Assembly (NCBI GenBank): GCA_046260175.1
Contig: JBHEPS010000005.1
Location: 8,636 to 57,500, forward strand
DNA: 48,865 bases
DNA from: Thermoanaerobaculia bacterium
GTDB taxonomy: Bacteria > Acidobacteriota > Thermoanaerobaculia > Gp7-AA8
Direction: 5' to 3'
Shown: positions 1 through 7,518 of the stretch, piece by piece
Layout: every line of letters starts with the position of its first letter
Numbering within the stretch: the first letter of the stretch is position 1
Position numbers and translations under genes: made by a program
The notes under the pieces: generated by a model
Told to the model about the DNA's origin: nothing
The model's database searches: none
Seen by the model: the letters and a program-made list of their open reading frames with translations, nothing else

Positions 1-1
1 C

Positions 2-913
2 GGCGAGTTCATCAACGCCGAATGGCTGCCCTCTCGCTTCGATCAGTTCCCCGCGCTCTACCTCGCCATCGCGGCGGGGCTGATCCTGCTGACTCTTCGA
101 TGGCGGGCTTCCCTGACGCCGCGACTTCTTCTGTTCTGCCTCTTTTCCCTTCTCGCCGTGAGGTTCGTCCGGAACCAGGGATACTTTTTCGCTCTTCTCC
201 CCCTCCTGCTCGCCCCGGCACTTCCACACATCCGGCGCCGGCCGCTCGCGATCGCCGCCGCCGGTCTCGCGCTCGTCGCGATCGTTGCCGTTCCGATCGA
301 GCGCGGATGGGGCGTCGGCGTCGATTCGGCGCGCTTTCCGGTATCGGCCGTCAGCCAACTCCAGAGAACGGGGCTTCGAGGGAACATCTACAACCCCGAC
401 CAGTTCGGCGGCTACCTGATCTGGACGCTATGGCCCGAGAGCGGCGTCCTGACTGACGGACGCAACGAGCTGCATCTGAGTTTCCTGTCGCGGTTCGCGC
501 AGGCGCGGGGGGACAGCCGGCTCTGGAGTTCGATGTTCACCGAATACGATCTGACTCTTGCGATCGAGGAGTATGCCGGCGGAACGATGAAAGTCATCGA
601 CGGGATTACCGGAGCGTCCATCGACGTCCCCCCCGTTCAGGCTTACTTTCCGCGCACCCGATGGGCGCTGATCGGGTTCGACGACGTCGCCATGGTGTTC
701 GCCCGAAGGGACGCCTGGGATGCGAGAACGCTCGAAGGTCTCGAGTACCGGCATCTAGCTCCGGAGGTTCCGGGCCTCCGGCTCGCCTCAGAAGGGGACA
801 TGGAAGTGGCGCGGCGGGAACTCGCTCGCGCTCGTGCTGCAGGGGCCGGCGGGATGCGCCTCGAGCAAATGGAATCGGTTCTGGCGGCTCGGGAAGTGCG
901 CCCGCCACGCTAG
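2..913 (+). CDS. Membrane protein, C-terminal part (5' end lies outside the window); family not recognised
   Basis: Frame 2 is open from the window edge (GEFINAEWLPSRFDQFPALYLAIAAGLILL...) and runs into the listed 158..913 ORF, whose start is GTG. Hydrophobic helices are followed by a soluble tail. Amino-acid composition is balanced, unlike the Arg/Pro-rich overlapping frames. Confidence 0.6.
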   Translation, partial: GEFINAEWLPSRFDQFPALYLAIAAGLILLTLRWRASLTPRLLLFCLFSLLAVRFVRNQGYFFALLPLLLAPALPHIRRRPLAIAAAGLALVAIVAVPIERGWGVGVDSARFPVSAVSQLQRTGLRGNIYNPDQFGGYLIWTLWPESGVLTDGRNELHLSFLSRFAQARGDSRLWSSMFTEYDLTLAIEEYAGGTMKVIDGITGASIDVPPVQAYFPRTRWALIGFDDVAMVFARRDAWDARTLEGLEYRHLAPEVPGLRLASEGDMEVARRELARARAAGAGGMRLEQMESVLAAREVRPPR

Positions 914-924
914 TCCGGCAAGTC

Positions 925-1152
925 TCAGTTGACGAGCTCGGAGGCCGGAATGAAGGTGCTCTGATGCTCGAGCGGCCAGCGCTGGCCGATGATCTGATCG
1001 AACTGCGGAACGATCTTCTTCTCGAACTGTTCCTCGTACTGAGGCAGCAGATCGAGAATTGCCTTGCGCGCGCAGATGACCAGGCTCCGCGCTTCGCGGT
1101 AAGTCATCGAGTCGTCGGAGTGAATGATCTTTGCCGTGAGGTCGACGATCAT
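925..1152 (-). CDS. Small hypothetical protein (about 75 aa)
   Basis: The ORF 925..1227 has a protein-like composition from MIVDLTAKIIHSDDSMTYREARSLV... onward. The upstream 25 codons are Arg-rich and look non-coding, so I prefer the ATG at 1152. The alternative start is 1227. No family recognised. Confidence 0.45.
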   Translation of the reverse strand: MIVDLTAKIIHSDDSMTYREARSLVICARKAILDLLPQYEEQFEKKIVPQFDQIIGQRWPLEHQSTFIPASELVN

Positions 1153-1362
1153 CCGCACGCGACGCGCTCTTCGACGCCGCTCGAACACAGACGTCGTCTG
1201 CCGATCACACCAGGATTGTTTCTGCATTCAGCCGTCTGAACCCCTGCGCTCATGGGAGCATTCCTACGGACTGCAACAATTGCGACGGCTCGGAGCAGAA
1301 GAGAAACCGACTCGGTTACGAACAGAAGAAGGAATAGAAATCGCTACCATCGAGCACTGAAC

Positions 1363-2001
1363 TCAGGCGTGCTCGCGGTCGCCTTCCGCCCAGATCTCTT
1401 CGGCGAGAATCGGATCGATCATCGCCTCGTAGTAGCCGATCGTCGTTCGCGCGATCGTCCGGACGACGAAGTAGTTCAGCGCTCCCCCCGAAATGGCGCC
1501 GACCAGCGGAATCATCTTCCCGAGACGATCTCCGAGGAGGCGCGAGCCAAGTCTCTCGGCGAGAATCCCCCCCTCGGCCCGGGCGGATTCGACCGCGACC
1601 GCCATGCCGTGCTTGCCGACCCCGACTCCCGATCCGAGCGCGACGCAGACGAGGGCCTCACTGAAACGCTCCCGCCCGCCGGGCTCGTGACCGTAGATGG
1701 TTGCGATTCCCAGGATCAACCGGAATTGCTGATAGACGAGGTAGGCGAGATCGGCTCCCAGCGTTGCGATGGCGACCATGCCCGAGGGCAGCCCGGTCAC
1801 CGCGCCGGCGGCGGCGCAGCGGAGCGCGGTGCGCCTCGAGAGTGCGCGAGCATGGTCCCGCGGTTCCCAGTCGGGGTTCACCTTGCGGAGCTCCTTGACC
1901 TCGCGACGGATCTTCGCGATGTCGATCTCCTCGAACATGGAGCGAAACACCTCCACCAGGACGGTGTCGGCTTTCTGTTTCAGCGCTCGGTTCGGACCCA
2001 T
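1363..2001 (-). CDS. EcsC-family-like protein (tentative)
   Basis: The 212-aa ORF has a charged N-terminus followed by Gly/Ala-rich amphipathic segments (AAAGAVTGLPSGMVAIATLGADLAYLVYQQFRLILGIATIYG). This resembles EcsC-family proteins from memory. It was not verified by search. Confidence 0.45.
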   Translation of the reverse strand: MGPNRALKQKADTVLVEVFRSMFEEIDIAKIRREVKELRKVNPDWEPRDHARALSRRTALRCAAAGAVTGLPSGMVAIATLGADLAYLVYQQFRLILGIATIYGHEPGGRERFSEALVCVALGSGVGVGKHGMAVAVESARAEGGILAERLGSRLLGDRLGKMIPLVGAISGGALNYFVVRTIARTTIGYYEAMIDPILAEEIWAEGDREHA

Positions 2002-2081
2002 GCGATTCCTTCGTGCTCGCTCGATTGTACGGGCGAACGCCTCGCAACGTCATGGATTCCGTGTGATGGTCGCGTGAAGAA

Positions 2082-2468
2082 TCAGGAGCCGGAATCGCGA
2101 GTGGCGGAAGGGCTCTGGGCGGCCGGCGACGACTTCGGCGCGTCCGACTTCGCGGAATCGGCCTTCGAGGAGTCCGGCTTTGCCGAGTCCGACTTCGTGG
2201 ACTCGGATGGCGCCGATGAAGAGTCGTTCGCCGAGGAAGCGTCGCTGCCGCCGTTTCCTCCGGTCACCCGTGAGGCCGGGCCGGCGGTTCCTTTACCGTA
2301 ATCCGTGAGGTAGAAACCCGAGCCTTTGAATCGGATTGCCGGCGAGGAAATCAACTTCTTCAGCACGCCTCCGCAGGAAGGGCAGATCGTCTGAGGCTCG
2401 TCGGAGAACCTCTGCACGATCTCGTGAGTCTCGGCGCATTCCTGGCACTGATATTCGTAAAGCGGCAT
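2082..2468 (-). CDS. FmdB-family zinc-ribbon putative regulatory protein with a low-complexity Ser/Asp/Lys/Ala tail
   Basis: The internal ATG at 2468 gives MPLYEYQCQECAETHEIVQRFSDEPQTICPSCGG. This has the canonical CxxC...CxxC motifs and the FmdB N-terminal signature. The longer ORF (to 2678) adds an Arg/Pro-rich, non-protein-like extension. Confidence 0.8.
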   Translation of the reverse strand: MPLYEYQCQECAETHEIVQRFSDEPQTICPSCGGVLKKLISSPAIRFKGSGFYLTDYGKGTAGPASRVTGGNGGSDASSANDSSSAPSESTKSDSAKPDSSKADSAKSDAPKSSPAAQSPSATRDSGS

Positions 2469-2575
2469 CGGGCGGTCTCCTGAACGCATGCGGAAACCTG
2501 CGCGGGCTGGCGGCCATTCCGAAGGGAACCCAGGGAACCTCTGCCCAAGTCGGAGGGGCGGAGCTGTCAGAAGGA

Positions 2576-3187
2576 TCAGCCGCCCGAGTTCACCGGGCGG
2601 TCGAATTCCGCCGCAAAGAGCTCTCCGTTTCGGAAGAAAACGCCCGCGACTCCGCCGTCGCTGCGCGGGTAGTACCACGAGTCGATCGTCGTCTCGTCGC
2701 GCTCGAGCCGCCGGCTCCAGCCCGGGGCCGGGACCCCGATTCTCTCGCTCACATCGTCCTGGCTCATGCCGCGGCGGAGAGCCGCCACCGCGTCTGCGGT
2801 CACGAACCGCCTGCGCTCGGCCAGATCGAGCTCGGCCCGGGCGGCCTCGTGCCCGGGATCGCCCTGAAGAACCGCCCGATAGTGGCGGATCGCCTCCTCG
2901 TATCGCCCGCGGCTGGCCATCAGACGCGCGAAGTCGAGCTCCAGTTCCTCATAAGCGTGCCGGGCCCGGATATGCTCGGGATAGCGATTGGTGAACTCGA
3001 AAAGGGCCGCAGCCCACGCCTGCCGGGAGACCACGCGCTTCGACTGGGGAGCGTTCTCGGCTTCTTTCTTGAGCTCCAGCACAGCGCGCCAATCCCGGTG
3101 AATGTCGTCCTCGAGCCCGGCCGGACCGCAGGCCGTCATCGAAACGGCAAGCAGAAGAAGAATGAGCGAGGACGTGATTTTGCTCAC
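2576..3187 (-). CDS. Putative lipoprotein with a TPR-like helical region and a BamE/SmpA-OmlA-like C-terminus (tentative)
   Basis: The N-terminus MSKITSSLILLLLAVSMTAC looks like a signal peptide with a lipobox-like Cys. Helical repeats follow (RGRYEEAIRHYRAVLQGDP). The C-terminus reads RRGMSQDDVSERIGVP...WYYP. Confidence 0.55.
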   Translation of the reverse strand: MSKITSSLILLLLAVSMTACGPAGLEDDIHRDWRAVLELKKEAENAPQSKRVVSRQAWAAALFEFTNRYPEHIRARHAYEELELDFARLMASRGRYEEAIRHYRAVLQGDPGHEAARAELDLAERRRFVTADAVAALRRGMSQDDVSERIGVPAPGWSRRLERDETTIDSWYYPRSDGGVAGVFFRNGELFAAEFDRPVNSGG

Positions 3188-3274
3188 GAATTAAAAGTAA
3201 CATAGGGGCCGACCTGCAGTTCGGCCCGGAGTTGTAGAATTTTCATGGAGATCGAGGTCGGGAGGGATTGATTG

Positions 3275-4810
3275 ATGGCCGCCAGGGACGAGGAATTCGC
3301 ACAGAAGATCGAGCAGAGCATCCGCGAGGCCGTCGAGCGGATGGTCACCGACATCCGGTCGTCCATCGACGACGTCCGCGATGCCGTGAATCAACAGCTC
3401 GAAGCGGCGTCGCAAAGCGTTCAGGCCGACGCGAAGTCCCTGTCGCTGCGCAGCCACCTCGACGAGATCTTCGCCGCCGAACCTGAAGAGGTTCCGGTCG
3501 AGCTCACCGAGGCTCCGGCGCGCTCGAGCGCCGCTCAGATCAAGAGCGCCGTCCGCGCCATCGAGCAGGGGAAGAGTCAGGTCGAAGTTCTCAACGCGCT
3601 GCTCGACCAGTCACTCCATTTCAGTTCCCGCTGCGCCTTATTCATTCTCAAAGGCGGATCCTTCGCGGGATGGAAGGGGGCGGGGTTCACCGCCAGCGGC
3701 GGCAGCGACGACGAGGTCAAGCGATTCGCCGGCTCCCCGGCTGACGTCGAAGAGCTCGGCCGCGTCCTCGATGACCATGCGGTCGTCGACTGGGACGGCG
3801 CATCGGTCGCGGCGAAACTGAAAGCTTCCACACCCTCGCGCGCGACGATCATTCCCATGGTGATCAAGGACAAGGTCGCTGCGGCGCTCTACGCCGACGC
3901 CGTCGATGGCGCTGAAGAGAACTTCGACCGCCCCGCACTGGAGCTCCTGGTCTTCACGACCGGCCTGCTCATCGACACCCTTGCGATCCGGAAGATGGTC
4001 CCTTCGCCCGCCCTCAGCGGCCGGGACGAGGGATCCACTGAAGACGCCACTCCTGTCGTTGCATCGTCCACCGCCCCGGCATCGATACCCGCGGCGCCGG
4101 CAGCCCCGAAGCCCGAGCCCGAGCCTCCTCCTCGGCAGTTCCGCGCCGAGCCGGAGCAGACGCAACCTCATCCAGTCGCCGCCGCTCCCGCCTTCGAGCC
4201 GCCAGCCGCGGCGTCGCGACCGGAGCCCGAGCCCGAGCCCGAGCGCATCGAACCGCCCCGCGCCCCCGCGCACACATTCGAAGCACCCGCACCACCCCGC
4301 CCGCCGGGCCGCTCCTTCGAGCTCGACGCGGAGCCGGCATCTTCGGTCTCGACTCCCGAACCGCCGCCGGCGCCTCCCATTCATCCCACCCCCCCTCCGG
4401 TGCGGCCCGCAATGCCAGCAGCCGGCTCTCCGACCCCCCAGGCTCGCCCTCAGCAAGGTACGCCGGGTACCGGGGCCGAAAAGCCCTCGACGCAGTACAT
4501 TCCACCGGCCGGCGTTACCGGAGGGCGAATCGCCGCTCAGCAGAACCTGTCCGCCGAGACGAAGAAACACGACGAGGCCAAGCGGTTCGCCCGGCTTCTC
4601 GTCTCCGAGATCAAGCTCTACAACGAGAGCAAGGTGGATGAGGGTCGCAAGCACCGCGATCTCTACGAGCGGATGAAGGACGACATCGACCGCAGCCGGC
4701 AGATGTACGAAGAGCGGATCGCGGAAGACGTCCGGCGCCAGTCGAACTATTTCTACGACGAGCTGGTCAGGATTCTTGCCGACGGCAGCGCCGAGCTGCT
4801 TGGCCTCTGA
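3275..4810 (+). CDS. Hypothetical protein: N-terminal coiled region, GAF-like domain, long Pro/Ala/Glu-rich linker, conserved charged helical C-terminal domain
   Basis: The ATG at 3275 is preceded by GGGAGGGA (3261-3268); the listed ORF start at 3272 is TTG. The 511-aa product has a low-complexity PEPEPEP region. The C-terminus reads AKRFARLLVSEIKLYNESKVDEGRKHRDLYERMKDDI. Confidence 0.7.
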   Translation: MAARDEEFAQKIEQSIREAVERMVTDIRSSIDDVRDAVNQQLEAASQSVQADAKSLSLRSHLDEIFAAEPEEVPVELTEAPARSSAAQIKSAVRAIEQGKSQVEVLNALLDQSLHFSSRCALFILKGGSFAGWKGAGFTASGGSDDEVKRFAGSPADVEELGRVLDDHAVVDWDGASVAAKLKASTPSRATIIPMVIKDKVAAALYADAVDGAEENFDRPALELLVFTTGLLIDTLAIRKMVPSPALSGRDEGSTEDATPVVASSTAPASIPAAPAAPKPEPEPPPRQFRAEPEQTQPHPVAAAPAFEPPAAASRPEPEPEPERIEPPRAPAHTFEAPAPPRPPGRSFELDAEPASSVSTPEPPPAPPIHPTPPPVRPAMPAAGSPTPQARPQQGTPGTGAEKPSTQYIPPAGVTGGRIAAQQNLSAETKKHDEAKRFARLLVSEIKLYNESKVDEGRKHRDLYERMKDDIDRSRQMYEERIAEDVRRQSNYFYDELVRILADGSAELLGL

Positions 4811-4912
4811 GACGAAACGAGGGTTGGGTATCGTGGACGAAGCGGTAGAGCTTCGGCGCTGACGTTCCCTCCTCCCGCCATCTCGCCTTCCGAAATCCCC
4901 AGCCCGCCTGAT

Positions 4913-4943
4913 CCCCTCCTGTCGTTGGTTGCTTCAGGAGGGG
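4913..4943 (+). terminator. GC-rich hairpin downstream of the 3275..4810 gene (weak terminator candidate)
   Basis: CCCCTCCTG (4913-4921) pairs with CAGGAGGGG (4935-4943) around a 13-nt loop. There is no clear U-tract afterwards. Confidence 0.25.
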
Positions 4944-4990
4944 TGGGCGTTCGGAATCACGCTGGACCGGGGCGTGGAATCTGCAATTGA

Positions 4991-7321
4991 ATGAGTCTGA
5001 TGCCCACGCAGGAGAACCTGAGTCCGAGGCGGCGCCGGTTGCTCGTCGCCTTGATCGCCGCCGCAATCGTCCTGATCGCGGTGGCAGTCGCAGTGTGGCA
5101 ATTCCGTAGCAGGTCCAACGGAGATCTCGCACTGTCGGGTGCCGAGCCGGTGGCGCCGCCAGAGTTGGCAGTCCATGCGGAGGATTTTCGAGAAGGGATC
5201 GACGCGCTCGAGAAGGGCCAGGCCTCCCGGGCCGCAGAGCTGCTCTCGTCCTTTTCTTTCGCACCACGCCCGATCGAGCAGTACCGTCTCTACTACTTGG
5301 CAGGTGCGCGGGAAGCTTCGAGAGACCCCGCGGAGAGCCGTCGCACCCTCGCGACCCTCTGGAATCTCGAGCCGCGGATGGTTCACTCGCCGGCGGTCGC
5401 CTCAAAGCTCGCGACTCTCTACTCCGACGCCGGAAGCGATGCTCGCGCCGCCGAAGTCTGGGGCACCCTTGCGACCCGCAATAGCGATCCGGAGATCGCG
5501 GCCGAGGCTCGACAGCGGTATCTGGAGTCGAAGTTTCGCGGCGGCGACGTCGGCGCGATGATTCTGGCCGCGACCAACATCGTGATCGATAACCCCGGCA
5601 CTGAGGCTGCCGCGCCCGCGGCGGCGATGCTGCGCTCGCTCCGTGGATTGAGCGCGAACGCTCCGCTTCCGCTGACGCTTCAGCAGAGGATCCGGCGCGC
5701 GGAGGCCTTCCTGGCCTCGACCCGTCCGAAAGCGGCCCTCGACGAGATCGCGTCGGTCGATCCGGATACGATCGACGATCCGCTGCGCGCACGGCTTCTG
5801 CTCGCACGGGGGGAGGCGCTGAGCCGGCTCAGTCGTCATGAGGACTCGAACAAGATGCTGGAGCCTCTCTTCTCCAGCGCATACCGCTTTGCGATACCTT
5901 CGTTGCGGATCTCGGCGAACAATCATCGGGCGATCGCCGCCAGCATCCAAGCGGTCACCTTCAAGACGGTCAAGGAGCGCGTGCGCTCCGGAACGAGGAC
6001 CGTGACCCGGAAGGGGAAGAAGGTGAAGGTCCCTGCATACCGAACGGTCCAGAAGCGGGTCGAGCAGGTCAACGCCGAAAAGAAACGAGAGAAAGAGCGG
6101 CATGAGTCGCTTTACCTGGAGAGGCTCAACGACCTCAGAAGCCTGCCGACCGAGACGGAGCTTCGGATCGAGGTTCTCGCGAACCTGGTGGACCACTTCA
6201 TCGCAAGAGAGCAGGAGAGCGAGATCCGGCGATACGTCTCCGAGCTTGTCGAGCTCGATCCGACGCGCGACCCCGCGCTCCAGCACTTCTGGGACCGGGG
6301 GTGGGCGGCCTATGGAAAAGGCAACAACACCGTAGCTCGCGATCTTTTCAACTACATCGCAGCCACCTACCGAAACCCGAACATTCAGAGACAGGCGACT
6401 TACTGGTTCGCCCGCACCATCGAGCGGGAGGGACACGCGAAAGAGGCCGAACGGATCTACCGCGAGCTCGCCGCGGCACCGTACCAGGATCTCTATGCCC
6501 TCTTCGCGCGGATCCGGCTCGGCGACGACGAGCCCGCTCAGCGGGCGGCGCCGCCACCGCGCGTGTCGTGGGAGGAGATCGCGGAGGCCGAAGTCCCCGA
6601 GGATCTGCGTCTCGCTTACGAGCTCAATGCTCTCGGGATTCGCCGCGAGGCCAGGATGGAGATTCAGAAGAACATCTCCGCCGAGAACCGCAAGTGGGCA
6701 GACGCTATCCTGGGTGACCTCTACTACGTCGAGGGGAATTACGACCTCGCGTACCGCTACATGAGGCGCGCCTGGCCCGAGCTGGCGACGCCGGAGCAGA
6801 ACGCGGTTCCCTGGCGGTTCCTCGAGATGTACTACCCCCTGCGGTACGAGGATCTCATCCGTGAGGCCTCCGACAAAAACCGGCTGGACCCCTACCTCGT
6901 CATGGCCCTGATCCGCCAGGAGAGTGCGTTCAATCCGAACGCGAAGTCGTGGGTCGGCGCCACGGGGCTGATGCAGATCATGCCGGCCACCGGCCAGGAG
7001 TTGGGGGAGAGAGCCTATGGAACTTTCAGCACCTCGCGCCTCAGCGATCCCGAAGTGAACGTCGATCTCGGGACCCGCTACCTCCGCCACGTCATCAACC
7101 TCTTCGACGGCAACATCGAGCTCGCTCTCGCCGGATACAATGGAGGGCCCTACCGCATCCGCCGCTGGCGCCAGGGGAATCCTTCACAACCGCTCGACGA
7201 GTTCATCGAAGGAATGCCGCTCTCCGAGACCCGTGGCTACGTCAAGCGGATCACCTTGCTGCGGACGAGCTACCAGGAGCTCTATGGCTCCCGGACGAGC
7301 TCATCGGGAGCGTCCAGCTGA
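4991..7321 (+). CDS. slt: Soluble lytic murein transglycosylase (Slt70-like), N-terminally membrane-anchored or secreted
   Basis: The 776-aa product has an N-terminal hydrophobic segment (LLVALIAAAIVLIAVAVAVW) and a long helical-repeat region. The C-terminal SLT catalytic motifs are ...LIRQESAFNPNAKSWVGATGLMQIMPATG...YNGGPYRIRRW. Confidence 0.9.
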   Translation: MSLMPTQENLSPRRRRLLVALIAAAIVLIAVAVAVWQFRSRSNGDLALSGAEPVAPPELAVHAEDFREGIDALEKGQASRAAELLSSFSFAPRPIEQYRLYYLAGAREASRDPAESRRTLATLWNLEPRMVHSPAVASKLATLYSDAGSDARAAEVWGTLATRNSDPEIAAEARQRYLESKFRGGDVGAMILAATNIVIDNPGTEAAAPAAAMLRSLRGLSANAPLPLTLQQRIRRAEAFLASTRPKAALDEIASVDPDTIDDPLRARLLLARGEALSRLSRHEDSNKMLEPLFSSAYRFAIPSLRISANNHRAIAASIQAVTFKTVKERVRSGTRTVTRKGKKVKVPAYRTVQKRVEQVNAEKKREKERHESLYLERLNDLRSLPTETELRIEVLANLVDHFIAREQESEIRRYVSELVELDPTRDPALQHFWDRGWAAYGKGNNTVARDLFNYIAATYRNPNIQRQATYWFARTIEREGHAKEAERIYRELAAAPYQDLYALFARIRLGDDEPAQRAAPPPRVSWEEIAEAEVPEDLRLAYELNALGIRREARMEIQKNISAENRKWADAILGDLYYVEGNYDLAYRYMRRAWPELATPEQNAVPWRFLEMYYPLRYEDLIREASDKNRLDPYLVMALIRQESAFNPNAKSWVGATGLMQIMPATGQELGERAYGTFSTSRLSDPEVNVDLGTRYLRHVINLFDGNIELALAGYNGGPYRIRRWRQGNPSQPLDEFIEGMPLSETRGYVKRITLLRTSYQELYGSRTSSSGASS

Positions 7322-7518
7322 TCGACCGGCGTGCCGAATTCGAGGTCCGGCCACCCGAATCGAACGACCCTCACCTCCAACGAAATGGACCGATCGATCC
7401 AACCAATTGGAGACGGAACCCTTCGCAGGCTCGAGATCAGCCTCGATTCACTATCGAATCAACGACTTAGGCCGAACGAGGGCGAGGCAGGACCATTGCT
7501 GGGTCTCCTGTCTGCCCG

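Noticed and set aside
2443-2457. A sigma-54-like TGGCACTGATATTCG.
   Set aside because: The -12 position reads CG instead of the invariant GC. The site also lies inside, and antisense to, the FmdB coding sequence.
5402-7090. A 562-aa ORF antisense to the lytic transglycosylase gene. Similar very long antisense or overlapping ORFs lie at 3638-4654, 8326-9147, 10103-11668, 12065-12877, 13088-14140, 14569-15765, 26126-27571, 28627-29745, 30342-32138, 32433-33719, 38065-39240, 43109-44137, 44905-45852 and 45824-47815.
   Set aside because: Their translations are Arg/Pro/Gly/Asp-rich with no recognisable motifs. Each lies opposite a gene with strong family signatures. Long stop-free antisense frames are expected in G+C-rich DNA with strong GC3 codon bias.
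7340-7400. A T-loop-like TTCGATTCGGG on the minus strand (plus-strand CCCGAATCGAACG), considered as a tRNA.
   Set aside because: The flanking bases cannot form a T-stem or acceptor stem. No anticodon arm could be drawn.
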